64,000 bases of DNA from Cyanophora paradoxa CCMP329. Lineage: Eukaryota; Plantae; Glaucophyta. Under the pieces are notes generated by a model that ran no database searches, was not told where the DNA came from, and saw only the letters and a program-made list of their open reading frames with translations. The stretch's first letter is position 1. Each line of letters opens with the position of its first letter. The translations under genes were made by a program, and so were the position numbers. Below are positions 27,690-39,963 of the stretch, piece by piece. The stretch is from NCBI GenBank assembly GCA_004431415.1, contig QPMI01000494.1, positions 248,001-312,000 on the forward strand, in the 5' to 3' direction.

Positions 27690-28625
27690 AATTTAATTGC
27701 CGAATTTGACCAATTAAAACCGGACCGGAAGATATTGCCGTGCACGTGGCAATATTAAGAAATTGCCCGGCGCCGGCCGAAACTCTAGATCTGGATTTCT
27801 TCTATCATACTAATATGATAATAGCCCAACCCCCTGACTCAGTGAGAAATTGCCGGGACATGCCGTGGCTTAACTTAGTCACTTAGTAACTAAGCCTACT
27901 AAGCCTAGTAGTTAAGTTCATATTGCCGACTCGGCGACTCGGCGAGTTCGGCCTCTGGGGCCTCGGCCCTCGGGCCAGTGATGGGATTACAGATTAGGCC
28001 AAAATCCGCTCTTTTATTATAATATTACACTAACGTTATATAATATTATAATAACGATTAGAGTATTATAAATAACGCCCCATAGAAGAAGGCAGAGAAG
28101 GGCACCCCTGCACCTCACAGAACAGTTCTAAACGTTAGATCTAGAAAGAAGGATAAGAACATCGCCTAAGCTATTATACTGTCGATTTCAGAATGCAGAC
28201 TCTGAGACATCTAAATTCCCGTGGTTTCACCAGAGGGAGGCTCGGGCCCTCGGCAATATACGGCCGCGCCGCGGGGCGGCGCGGGCAGCCGCCGCCGGCG
28301 CGGCGGCGCCGGGCTCCACTGACTCGGACGCCGGCGCCGCGGACTCCGCGTCCGACTCGTACTACTAGACTGTAGGGATGAGTAAATTGCCTCGTAGTTA
28401 AAATTGCCGAATTCGACCAGAACCGGAATTGCCGTGGCGATAAATTGCCGAAATTCTGGATTTCTTCTATGGCGCCAATGCCGCGCGCGCCATACCGTAG
28501 ACTGGTCCGTAGTACAGAAGCGGCCGTTTAGCCCTACCCCCTGAGAATTGCCGTAACTCTAAACTGCCGAATTTGGCCTCTCGGGAGTCGGGCCTCGGCA
28601 ATAAACGGCAATTTAAAACATCGGC
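27690..28625. repeat. Two diverged copies of an AATTGCCG-rich MITE-like element (27690-28260 interrupted; 28385-28625)
   Basis: Shared ordered blocks AATTGCCGAATT-GACCA, CTGGATTTCTTCTAT, CCCCTGA..GAATTGCCG and GGCCTC..CCTCGGCAATA. Confidence 0.7.
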
Positions 28626-29226
28626 TAAAAAAGCAATCCTACAGTAGTACCGTAGACTCCGTAGTACGTACAGCGAGTCCCTGCGGAGCAGGAGTGGCCT
28701 TAAGCTTGGGGTTGAGGGGCGTCAAGCCTAAAAAACGGTCAAGGCGTGAAGGCGGCCGCTCTTTTTTTACCAGGGGCACGCAACCGCGCGCGGTTATGCA
28801 GGGGAGGGGGAAGCTTAAGAGAAATAGGGGGGCCACTCGGCAAGGGTAGACGCTCAATTGAGAGGGTACGGATTTGTGCCGCAAGGGTACATGATGCGGG
28901 CGGCCAGTAATAAGGCTCTGTTTAAATTGTTAACTAGGGGCCCGGCCGCGATTCTCGCGCCGGGGGTGCAAGGGGGGAATCGGGATCTAAAACATGCACG
29001 GGGCAGATCTAGATCGACCCCGGCGCAGTGCGCGGGGCAGGTTGAAGTGTAAAGATAAACAAGCAGATAAAAATAGGAAAGGCCCGATAAGCAGACGCTG
29101 CGATCAAACCGAATGTTCTGGAGCGGAAAAACGCTGCGCGATCAAACCGAATAAAGAAAAGCCTCAATGAAAGGCCAGATTCATCAACTGTGTTCGTACG
29201 GCCTACCGCTAACCCTGAACAGCTGG

Positions 29227-29962
29227 CTAAAAGATAATGGTGCTGTCTGTAGAGGGCTCGCCGTAAACATAGGCGATCCAGGCCTTCTGGAGGGGGTCGG
29301 GGCGCAAGTCGACCATGGGGGTGAGGGGCTGCCAGCGGCGCCGGTCCTGAAGAGAGCCGTCTTGCAAGAGCATGGCGAGGCGGCCCGCCGCCTCGAGCGC
29401 CCGGAGAGCCACGCGGCTGGCGCGCTGCTCGCTCCCGCTGCGCATCTGGTAGACAAGGTCTTGAATTTCGATATCCGCGAGGCCGGCGTCACGGAGGCGC
29501 TTGAGGACTCCCATGTGGAGGTCCTCGATCGCCGGCCTGCCGTGGCAATCATGAACAGAGGTGAGCTATGGGCGGTCCACTTGAATGAATCTTCGCGCAC
29601 CCGACAAAGCGAACGACGAAGCGATCCTGCCGCGCAGCCGCGAGTGCTTCGACGGTCGCTAAAGCGAAGGCGACGGCTTGCTCGCGGATGGGGGGGAAGC
29701 CAGCCCGGTCGGGGAGCTCGCGGACGACGATGAGCAGCGGCCTCTCAGCCGCTCCGAGCACGGACACGAGACCGGCGACGTCGGGGGCCGCTCCAGACGG
29801 CGAGGTGGACGCGGCGTGCCGGTATCCGTCCGGCGGGAGCACAAACGCATCGGCGTGCGCATAAAGCCGGCCGCGCGCGAGGCCGAGCCAGGAGGCGTCT
29901 TCGGCGGAGGCAACGACGAGCCCCCCAACCGCCAGAGGCGGTCCCGAAGCCGGCCGCGACAT
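29227..29962 (-). CDS. Two-exon ORF (~223 aa) of unknown function carried inside the Helentron-like element
   Basis: A 64-nt GT-AG intron (29600-29537) joins ORF 29549-29965 in frame to ORF 29227-29514 (..VVRFVG|PAIEDLHMGVLKRLRDAG..). Confidence 0.55.
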
Positions 29963-30367
29963 CACATAGCAGCGGAAGTCACTGTTATATAATTAGCCAC
30001 CTCCATCGCGAAGGGGAGCTGCGGATGGTTCAGATGATGCTGACTTCAGAGACGGAGGCCGCTCGGCGGTCGCACCAGGTTCGAGGCGTTGCACTTGTGC
30101 TCGAGGTCCTCGCGGCTGCGCCGGCGTCAGCTTCGCTCGCTCCTCTTGGTGTCAGGCTGAGGGATGCGTGAGTGCGGCTGCATGCGCAGCACACGCACGT
30201 GAAACGGGCGCCGACTGAGCAGACAAGCGGCACGTCGTGCGCAACACGCGAACTGGTCTGCTGGCCGGGTGCCGTGCGCAGCCGGTGCTGCGCATGCGCG
30301 CATGCGGTGCCAGCTCGATGCACTGAAAAGTAGTCCAGGCGGCACGGGTACCGTGCGGCGTACGCGG

Positions 30368-30532
30368 CGCACTGCAGCTGCGAGGAAGCGGAAATCTAGA
30401 GGAGACAGCTAGAGAGAAGTGGTTCCATGCAGAACCGCGCAACGAAGAGCAAGGCGTACGCGACGCACTGCGAGGAAGCCGAAATCTAGAGGAGACAGCT
30501 CAGGAGAACTGGTTCCATGCAGAACCGCGCAA
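30368..30532. repeat. ~90-bp direct duplication inside the Helentron-like element
   Basis: CGAGGAAGC.GAAATCTAGAGGAGACAGCT..TGGTTCCATGCAGAACCGCGCAA occurs twice. Confidence 0.85.
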
Positions 30533-31196
30533 GGAATTCGAAGACCGGAGTGAGAGAGAAGTTGGTTTTCCCCTCGAAAACCACTTCTCGCGAGTTCGAG
30601 AGAGCTCTCGCGAGCTCGAAAGCTGACCGGTCCACCGAGCCAATCGGATCGCGAATAACGGAACATTTTTGTTGCATACTGGACCTCGCAAACGGCCTCA
30701 TAGAAAAATTTTGGCTGAAGCAAGGGAACGGGAAGCAAGGGGGTCCCCTTCCCCCCTTGCAATTTTGATTTTCTTTGAACTAATACTTCAACTCAACTTA
30801 TATCCCACATCGTGGCACACAACGACCCTGTCTCATACAAATTTGCTGGGCAGCCATGTGGCGCTTCGTTAATTTGGAAATTATTTACCAGCGAACGAGG
30901 CGTGGTCTCTTTAATTACTAAATATTCAAATTCGACTTGGAAGGCCAATGTGATTTACGCTTTCTATGTTTTTCAGGGAAAATGCTTTTCCATGCTTCTC
31001 GACGTGCTGTTAGTGCCCTTTAGAGGTATCACATTTGAAAAGTAACGCCGCCATCGTGCTCCCTAGGGTCGAAAATGGGTACCTCGGTTAGGCTCGGTAT
31101 ACAAATTTTGTCTATAATCTCAGTTTGAAGTTCGCCACAATACAGGCACAGACCTAAGGGCCTCTCCTTTCCCCAAGGCCGACTACTAGTACGTAT

Positions 31197-32185
31197 TAGG
31201 GCTGTCGTCAGTCACTGACAGTCACAGTCAGAGGGTCTGACTGACCTCACTGGGTCAGCTTTTGGCTGACTGACGTTTTCTCAGTCCCATACAACACCCT
31301 GCTGGGAGCGTGCCCCCCTGTGGCCCAGTGGGCTTTTTCCATCTAGAGCTGACGTGGGTCGACCAAAAAATAATCTTCTGTCGTTGAAATCTTCAAGAAA
31401 CCGCCCATGTGCATGGTAAGAGGCTAATGCATATGGAGTCTGACGTGCGCCTGGCTAGGGCCCCGGGCCGAATCTCCTTTTCTCGTGCCTGGCCTTGGCC
31501 TGATGCTTGGCAACTCAGAATGAAGTAGATAGATCGCGCTTGGGTGAATTCCTCCCAATTTCCTGGTCATTTTTCACGGCTTTTGCACGGTAGCCTGACT
31601 GAACCTCGGGTTGACTGATTCAGTCACAGTCAGGGGGGCTGACGGACTGGGTCAGCCGGGGGACTGACTGACGACTAGGGCTGTCGTCAGTCACTGACAG
31701 TCACAGTCAGAGGGTCTGACTGACCTCACTGGGTCAGCTTTTGGCTGACTGACGTTTTCTCAGTCCCATACAACACCCTGCTGGGAGCGTGCCCCCCTGC
31801 GGGCTTTTTCCATCTAAAGCTGACGTGGGTCGACCAAAAAATGATCTTCTGTCGTCGAAATCTTCAAGAAACCGCCCATGTGCATGGTAAGAGGCTAATG
31901 GAGTCTGACGTGCGCCTGGCGGGGGCCGAATCTCCTTTTCTCGTCCTCTCTGCTCGCATAACGTGCCTGGCGGCCCTGGCCTGACTCAGTGATGCTTAGC
32001 AACTTGAATGAAGTAGATAGATCGCGCTTGGGTCAATTCCTGCCAATTTCCTGGTCATTTTTTCCGGCTTTTGCACGGTAGCCTGACTGAACCTCGGGTT
32101 GACTGATTCAGTCACAGTCAGGGGGGCTGACGGACTGGGTCAGCCGGGGGACTGACTGACGACATCACTACTGACGACAGCACTA
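31197..32185. mobile_element. hAT-type MITE, outer copy, 8-bp TSD GTACGTAT
   Basis: TIRs TAGGGCTGTCGTCAG / CTGACGACAGCACTA. GTACGTAT at 31189-31196 and 32186-32193. Confidence 0.92.
31676..32170. mobile_element. Second copy of the same hAT MITE nested in the right TIR of the first, TSD CTGACGAC
   Basis: Near-identical to 31197-31675. CTGACGAC at 31668-31675 and 32171-32178. Confidence 0.9.
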
Positions 32186-32277
32186 GTACGTATACTCCGT
32201 CCGAGTCCGGGAATGTCCGACGGTCCGCGGCGACGGACTCGGGTCCCGGAATGGCCGCGGCCTTGCTCGGCCATCAC

Positions 32278-32750
32278 TAGGGCACTGGCCAGCGGCCCGG
32301 CCGAACAGCTGGCTGGCTGGTTTCGGACTTTTACTTCAGGCTGGCCCAGCCGCCCGATTTGTTGACCAGCCGGGCCAGACTTTTTCGGCTTTATCGGGCG
32401 GCCAGCCGGTCGGCGACACTGGCTGGGGGGTCGGCTCCAGGCTAGGAGTGGGGCTTGAGGGGGTGGCTTGATTAGATCAACTGCTCATTCTCTTACTGTG
32501 CACAATAAAACAGTTATAAAATCGTTTCTAAGACACCAAGTTCATTTAACAACGGGGGCTCTGCGGCTGGTCGGCTGGCCAGCTGACCTAGCCGAGTCTT
32601 TGGCTCGTAGCTGGAGGCTGGTTGCCAGCTGGCCGGCCAAGTTTTGGCTGCCAGGCTGGAAGCTGGCGGCCAGCCCCGGGCCGCTGGCAAGGCTTCGTCG
32701 GCTTGGGCTGGCCCGCTGGCCAAAGGGAGACCTGGCTGGCCAGTGCCCTA
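32278..32750. mobile_element. hAT-type MITE, different family, 16-bp perfect TIRs, TSD GCCATCAC
   Basis: TAGGGCACTGGCCAGC ... GCTGGCCAGTGCCCTA, with GCCATCAC at 32270-32277 and 32751-32758 and GGCTGGCC subterminal repeats. Confidence 0.93.
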
Positions 32751-32789
32751 GCCATCACTCAAGTTTTAGCATCGATATCAATTTTGTTG

Positions 32790-33215
32790 AGAAGCGGACT
32801 CCGGGAGCGTTTGTCGGGCGGCTCGGGACTCGAGTCGGGAGTCGGGACCCGGGGACCGGGGGCCCGGGACTCGCCATCCGACTCGTGATCCGAGGCATCG
32901 CGATCGGGATTCGGGAGTCCGACGGTCGGGAGTCTCGGGACCGGAGTCGGGAGCCGGAGTCGGGAGTCGGGTCACACGTATACGTAGAAGGACCTTTTTT
33001 TCACAAGAAGCGGACCCTTTTTTTCACAAGAAGCGGACCCTTTTTTTCACAAGAAGCGGAGCCTTTTTTATCAGAAGCGGATCGAATCCGATCGATTTGT
33101 TTTTTAAGAAGCGGTCCAAAGAATTCGAAGCGGTCCAAGCGGACTTCAAGTCTTCATTGACTCTTCAAGGCTTTTTGTAAATAATTTCAAAGAAGCGGAC
33201 CTTTTTTTCGGGGGT
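32790..33215. repeat. GGGAGTC/GACTC and AGAAGCGGA motif arrays (probable MITE subterminal repeats)
   Basis: TTTTTTCACAAGAAGCGGA occurs three times, with further AAGCGG motifs. Confidence 0.6.
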
Positions 33216-34069
33216 GATTGAATCCTTGACACATCATGATCATCCCAGGAGTCCGGGACCCAAGTCCGTCGACGTCAGCAATGATGACTCAGCATGCGCG
33301 CAGCGGTCCGACGGTCAGGCCGGGCCGCCGGGACCGCCGGGTAGCGGCGGGTACCGGTCAGCTGCGGTCACCGGGTGACCGCGGCCGTCACAGCGCTAGC
33401 GGGCCGCTGTGGGCGTCACGTGCACTGCGCGTGCACTTGACTGTGGCACTGTGCGTCACACATGTCATGCCATGATGATGTACAGAGTACTAGTCACAGA
33501 GTCACAGACCGCGGCCGTCACGGCGTCGGATCCGGACTGTGCGCATGCGCATGCCATGATGCCCGGCCCCGCCGCAGCTCAGCGGCAGCTGCCACTGCCT
33601 CAGTCTGCCTGCCGCAGTGCCAGGTATAGCTAGCGCGCGCTGCAGTGCACAGTGCACACTGCGACACTTCACACCTGAACTGATAATCATTTTGAATAAA
33701 ACCACTGCCCTAGGCCTAGATAGGGCTATCCTGAAAAAAATATATCGATTAGCACTGCGGCAGTGATCGAGTCATGATCAGTGAGAACTAGCTGCTGAGT
33801 GATACGTCGCGACTAGAACTGAGTAGTTCCGAAGTTCCGAACTCGGAAGTTCGACGGTTGCAATTGCACAACTTGCACTCAGTGACTGCCGCAGTGTGCA
33901 GACTCTGCCAGACTGCGCATGCCGCAGTGCAGTCTGCAGTGACTCTGCAGTGAGTCTAGATCTGCGCATGCAGAATGATGCAGCCTGGCAGTGATCATGA
34001 CGTCCGACGGTCGACTCTGCACTACCGTGTTACTTACTTAACTTACTGAAGTGTTACACGGTGTAACAC

Positions 34070-34302
34070 TTAAGTAATGCGCGCACTGAAGTAATGCGGT
34101 CCCAAATTAATGCGTTTTCCGCTGGCAAAACGCATTAATTTGGGACAGCATTAATATCGAAACGCTATATGCAGCTAAGAAACTGCTGTACGTACCCCCC
34201 TACCGCAGCCAAAAAGCTGCAAGACGCATTAATTCGGTGCCGCATTAATAGCCATACGAGGGGTCCGGGTCCAAAAACGCATTATAATTAATTACTGGCG
34301 CA
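34070..34302. mobile_element. Family A hairpin repeat, copy 2
   Basis: Homologous to 20056-20258, with a ~27-bp stem TAATGCGGTCCCAAATTAATGCGTTTT / AAAACGCATTAATTTGGGACAGCATTA. Confidence 0.7.
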
Positions 34303-34576
34303 TGAGTAGTACGGTGTACGTGTATATACGTACAGTCGACGTCCTGCTCACGTGCACATTTCAAGTGTTTTTACTAGTAAGTTAAATTGTAGCCAGGAGG
34401 CCCAGGCGGGCCAGGCCTAGGACTAGTACTCCGGCCCAGGACCCAGGACGTCCGATCGCGACGTCGACTGTCTTCCGAAGTTCAAGCGTCGGACTCAGTG
34501 ACTTCGACGTCGACGTCGATCCCTTGAATCCAATTGCAAGCTTTTAGAGAGCTTGAGCTTCTCATGCGCAACCGGT

Positions 34577-37541
34577 ATGGCATGTGCCCTGATCATTAGC
34601 ACGCTGCGGCCGCGAGGCATGTGCAGGCACGCTGGCGCGAGCTCGAGCGCCGTATACGTATGCGCATCTTTCTTCGTTGCGGCGGCCGTCGCGAGCCTCT
34701 TGAGCATAGCAGCACCCGCCGCTGCTCAGTCATGTCTCAGCACGCAGCCGTTTCAGGTGGTGTCGGTGAAGAACACCTCGTTGTGTTGGGAGGCCGGAAC
34801 GCTTCCCGCACGATACAGCAACGGAGAGACCTGGTACTATTATGCTGGCGTGGCACTTAGCACCTGCGACACAAGTGAGTGCACGTCGCTCCAAAAATCG
34901 TCCGCAAAATAAAGACAACGCATTCGCATGCGCATTCATGTCCATGTTTGTTTATTATTGCAATTGGCAGGCAACCGGCTGCAATATTTCAACGCGACGC
35001 AAATCTGCGGCAAACCTAGCCATCTCGAGGACGACCCGCCGCCAGGAGCCCAATTGTACGACATGTCCTATCCGGAGAACGCCACCTTCACTGTATACGA
35101 CTTGGACGCAAACGGCAACCCTCGGGCTGGAGTGATGGGCCCTTATGCGCCATATACCTTCAACCTTGGGCCCAATATGCATATGCACATTGACGGCGGC
35201 AGGGGCTTTTTCGCGGTTCGTTCGATTGCATTCAAACAGGCGCCGCGGGTCGACGTCCGTCTCATTATCACAGCATGCAGATTGTCCAACAAAAAAACGT
35301 GGCTCCACCCAGCAATCCCTCGCACTACACGTGGGGCGTCAGCGTCTCCACGTCCAACAGTATTCGTATCTCGAATGCAGCAATGGGAATCACGGCAGTC
35401 GCAGTCGCTCCTATCGGCTTCTTCTCTTATTCGGGGACGTCCTTCTCGATGTCCGGCAACGCACTTTTTCTTAAAAACGCAGACGGCAAACAGGATCAGG
35501 AATTCGATTGGACGGTTCGGCTCCAAGATGGAAGCAGCGCGTTGATCGGCAGCGGTTGCTGTCCGGTGCGCACGCGAGCTCGGCCCCAGCCCCTGCAGCT
35601 ACACTTCAGCTTTAAGCGGCGTTTCTGAATAGAAATACCCGCAACGTTAACGAAGCTGAAGCTCAATTAATATTTTATACATACATATGCATCATCGTTC
35701 ATGCATCTATATCACATGCGTTAACGTTCGCGGATAATTAACGTTCTTGCAAGCCATCTAAGAGTAAATGAAGAAAGCAGAATGCAATTTTCTTGCTAAT
35801 ATTCGGAATGCAGACCCCAACGCCATCCCCCAGCGGCATCCCCAGCCCCAGTCCCATTGGCAACCCGATCGCGAGCCCTGTGGCCAGCCCTGCGCCTTCC
35901 CCCAGCCCCGCGAGCTCTCCAGATCCCACCACGAGCTCGCTGCCAACTTCCACCCCGTCTCCGGTCGCGAGTCCACACGCAAGCCCCAGCCCAAGCCCAT
36001 CGCCGTCTCCCAGCATGCACATGGAGCCTACACCTAGGCCTGGCGCGAGTCCCGTGCGTGATAAAGAAGACGCCCGGCCCGCTGCGAGAGACACTAATCG
36101 TGCAAGTCAACAGCCTGCAACTGGAGGGAATTTGAATATCAATGCCACCACAACCCAGCTCATAATCGTCCAAGTGATCATTGATGGCAAATCTGTGTGT
36201 CCGGATCCGTGCTTATAACTCAACTTGTTTGGATCGATATTGACAATGCTCGGTGGACGTCGACAGTATAATATCGCTTCAGGTAGCATCTCCACGACAA
36301 CAGATCCGGTGCTTTTCAGACTAGATCACACTGTGACATAGAGTCAATCAATCAAAATTTAGAATTCGAATGGATATATATATATATATAGTCGTATGCA
36401 TTCATGATCAGTAACGAGAGAACCCGCATGTGCATACAGGACGGAACTCGAGCGGACCGGATAACGCTCAGTGAACCTGTCCTCTCTGTGCCTGCAGAGG
36501 CGAGTGCACTCAAACCTAATTCATATTATAAGTCTTTGGAATGTTTTCTTAAGAAAGCCTGATCTCTCCACGCTTGTACAGACGGGCAGCACGGATTTCG
36601 TTACGATAAAAGGCAGCAATCTTCCGGTAATTATTATAGCGATATCTGAGCGCGTTGAAGTGTCCGATTGCGAAGGCATTCAAATTCGCTCATCACATAA
36701 CTGCACGCAGGCACTCAAGTCAGTCAGGATTTATATTGTAAATAACAGGAGCCAGAGGATCGAGGCGCTCGACGCTTCTATTCCCGACTCGCAAACAATC
36801 AAATTCAGTAAATTGACTAATGTAAGAGCTCGTCATTTTCACTAGAGACTTACCATCAGTACCGCGTAGAAATCCCTCCGCTTCCGAAGGGAGGCCGCCG
36901 CGCACTGCTTCAATTTGTCGCCGACTCTGCGGTGCGATTGCAAGAGATATATACAGTTTCCGCCGAATCAAAGTGTGAAGTCGTCGAATTCGGTCCTCAT
37001 GATCATGATCACGCGGCTGCGCAGTACGATCTGCGCGTCGAATCGGCTTCGGCAACCCGCGAATTTACCACTTTCGTTCTTGGCGGGGTCCGAACTGGCA
37101 TTGCTCTTTAATTTAAATCTGAATATTAATACTCTTAGGCTTTAGTTTTGTCTAACATTGTTGCGTGCGCTTTTGAATTATCGCGCAGGCTTTCCGCTGG
37201 GATTCGAAGGCCCCTTTGTCAAGAGCCAGGGTCGACGTCCCGGGCGTCGCAGCTGCAGTGCCTTATTGTGCGTATATATGCCTGCTTCGGATTCGAATTC
37301 GGCGCGTTATAATTATATATATCACTCGCCGAGTCGCTCCAAGGCTTTCCAATTGTCGACGTCCCTCACCACTATCGACGCATGTCTGCAGGGACGTCGG
37401 GAGCTTCAAAGGCTACCTTGAGCTTGGTGAGGGAAATTTCTGAGTATACGTACGCATGCATGTGCTCGTTTCGCGACATTAATCCCGTGGCAGGTCGGGA
37501 TTTTCACGAGCGTTTTTGCGGCGGTGCTACTACTAGGCTAG
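34577..37541 (+). CDS. Secreted/surface protein: ricin-B-like N-terminal motif, Ser-Pro-rich linker, hydrophobic C-terminus (possible GPI signal)
   Basis: Signal-like FFVAAAVASLLSIAAPAAAQ; SVKNTSLCWEA..VALSTCD..NRLQYF; (SP)n exon at 35814-36015; chain of small exons ending ..SLVGIFTSVFAAVLLLG*. The 3' exon chain is tentative, with an alternative stop at 36218. Confidence 0.6.
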
Positions 37542-38500
37542 GTCATTGTCTGTCTAGATCTTCGCGTGCCAAATATATAGAATCGAATTAAGGTGTACTT
37601 CCCTGTCCACCTGCATTTGCATGCATGATCATGACGATGCATATTCAAATAACTTGGCCTTCCAAGTTTCACCACAGTGCACGTGCCTGCACCATATTTA
37701 AGTAGCACCATAGTATGACTGTTGCATTTCGCGGCATCGCGCGACCCCAAAGCCTGCTCAATGGCGCCTGTGACCGCGACCATCCGAATATTAACTATAT
37801 ATAATTGTAGTAGACCCAAGTGTAAGTGCGAAGGGGGGCCCAGTGAGTGGGGAGGGAGGGGCGGGGCCGGGATGGAGGGGGGGGGGGAGGGGGGGGGGAG
37901 TGGCGGGGGCAGGGTTGGGGGTGGAAGAGAGGGAGGGGGGGTGGATCCGGAATCAGCCTCGGGTCGACCCGAGCGGAGCGAGGGTAAGGACCCGAGGTTC
38001 TACTTTTCACACTTCTGCGGCCGTATAGGGGGGGATGGATTCTTTGGGGCCTCGAAATCCTATTGGCCGATCGTGCAAGAACGACAACCCTACTGGCCAA
38101 GAGAGGGCGAAACCTTTCTAGAACGCGTACGTTTACCCCCTCTCCCGCGACCCGGGGGCAGGAGAATTTATCGGAGGGGGGCCGGATACGCCAGGAATCG
38201 AAGGAGGAGCCCCTCCGGGCTTTAAATGGATATTTAGCCAGCTAGCGTTGCAGCTGCATGCATAATTGTGCTCAAGCTAGCGTATAGCTAGCTATAGAAA
38301 ACCCCGTCTAGGCCTAGGGCCCAACAACGTGAACAGGCACCTGATCATGAATTGATGCAGATCAAAAATTTTTAAACTGTACAGCTGCAGCACACGAAAG
38401 TTTAATACACGATCAATTCCTGGATAGACTGTACAATTATATAATACGGTCGCGACTGGCGCGCGGCCCCGCCCCGTGTAGCCCTAATATACAGAAAGGG

Positions 38501-39963
38501 CTACGCGCAGGCCCCGAGGCACATGAAGGCTCCCCCCGTGAGGACAATGCTGCCCCCGTGAAGGACGACCTTCGAGCCACCAGAGGCCCCAAAGGCCGCG
38601 CACAACTCCCCGCTGGAGGGGTACCACTGCGCCTGCGAGACCGCCGAGAAGTCCCAGAGGGGTATCCCCGTGATCTGAGGCGGGGGTACGTGTGAGAAGA
38701 TAAATATCGGATTGTTCGAGGGGCTGGGGCGCGCACGTCGTTGACGAGGTTCGCGGGGGTAATTGTGACTGCCGTTGGCCCGTTGTCCAGCGGCACTGCG
38801 AGGTACGGTGTTTCAGGTGCGGGCGGGGGTGCAGGGGGTACGGCGCACGGCTGATGCGGAGGGCGGGGGTAGAGGGGTAGTCCGTCTGGCGGTACGCCCT
38901 GTACAGGTCGCCCCAAATCGCTGCGCCGTTCCTGGCGAAATCCCATACCCGCAACTGAAAGCGGGCGTGAGGGGGTACTCGAGCAGGGATAGGGGTACGC
39001 CGCACGTCGCGGATTGCGGTGACGCGGCCGCCGGTGAACGCAGGCGGGTCGATATCGAACTTGAAGTACACGCTTGTGGGAAGAGGGGTAGAGGGCGGCG
39101 ACGGGTCCGGGGTAGTGGTGCTCGAGTGCAGGGTACCGTTGACGTACGCACTGGGAAGAGGGTCGGAAGGGGAGGGGTACATGGTACGACTGCGGGAAGG
39201 GGTACAGACGCACGTGAAGCGGGCGGTCGTGACGGTGTCGATGGCGAATGCGTAGTGGGTCCAGCTAGAGACGGCGGCGACGGGGAAGGAGTTCGCGGGG
39301 GGTACGAGGGTCGCACTGTACGTCACGGCGGAGGCCCGCCACTGGACGGAGAACGTGACGTCACCCGAGAAGGGCGTGTTCGAGCCGAGCACTGCACGCG
39401 GAATGTGAACGTTTAAAGCACTAATTTGATCCGGCCGCGTTCGAATGCGGTCGAAGGCGGATGGCGCATGCGCAGGCGGACCCGATACGGACAGAGTGGT
39501 CGCGGCAGCCGTCGAGTCGTAGAATTCAAAAAGCTTCCTCGGCGTCCCCGCCGGGCTAGGGTACTCTGCGCCCCGGAGCGAGGGAGTGAGGCGCGGCCTG
39601 CAGCTGACCACGAGAGAGCGCTAGCGCGCAAGCGACCGCGCTCGCGGCAGGCGGAGCGGAGGCGCGGCGAACCAGTCATGCGGGCCCACATCTCAACAGT
39701 GATGGACCGGTCGCTTCGCCAGACCGTCCCGTCGACTTCGGAGGACGACAGCGTGTGGGCCGCCTGCAGGGATCCGGAGCTCGATGTCAGAGCGCGAGCG
39801 GAACACGAAGAAGACGGCGCGAGCCCCTGCGCGCCGTGAATGTGTTGATCTGCGCTGTGAGCTCGAAGCATGGCGGCGTCTGCGCCGCTGCCCGGGCGAC
39901 CGCCGTGACCAGGACGAGAGCAGCCAGCGCGAGGCTCGCGCCCTTCCAAGCTGTCCTCGCCAT
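38501..39963 (-). CDS. Secreted LamG/concanavalin-like jelly-roll protein
   Basis: Signal MARTAWKGASLALAALVLVTAVARAAAQ; SITVEMWAR, WTHYAF, AYVNG and RVWDFARN motifs typical of Laminin_G_3/pentraxin domains. Confidence 0.75.

Larger units (their letters stand above)
28934..30761 (-). mobile_element. Non-autonomous Helentron/Helitron2-like element
   Basis: On the minus strand the 5' end TGCAAGGGGGGAA (30761-30749) lies within a hairpin. Its 13-bp inverted copy (28967-28979) sits just before a GC hairpin (28941-28964) and terminal CTAG (28934-28937). No TSD is seen, and the homologous site at about 63157 is empty. Confidence 0.7.
28670..31182 (-). repeat. Dispersed repeat B (28670-28931 plus 30762-31182), split by the Helentron-like insertion; inverted homologue of 62737-63535
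   Basis: AGTAATAAGGCTCTGTTTAAATTGTT and ACAGACCTAAGGGCCTCTCCTTTCCCCAAGGCCGA match the reverse complements at 63158-63183 and 62738-62772. Confidence 0.85.

Noticed and set aside
31197-32170. LTR pair or simple tandem duplication
   Set aside because: TIRs and two distinct 8-bp TSDs show nested hAT MITEs, and there are no TG..CA ends or PBS.
32990-33075. CRISPR-like array from the ~22-bp repeats
   Set aside because: Tandem units without unique spacers, in a eukaryotic context with no cas genes.
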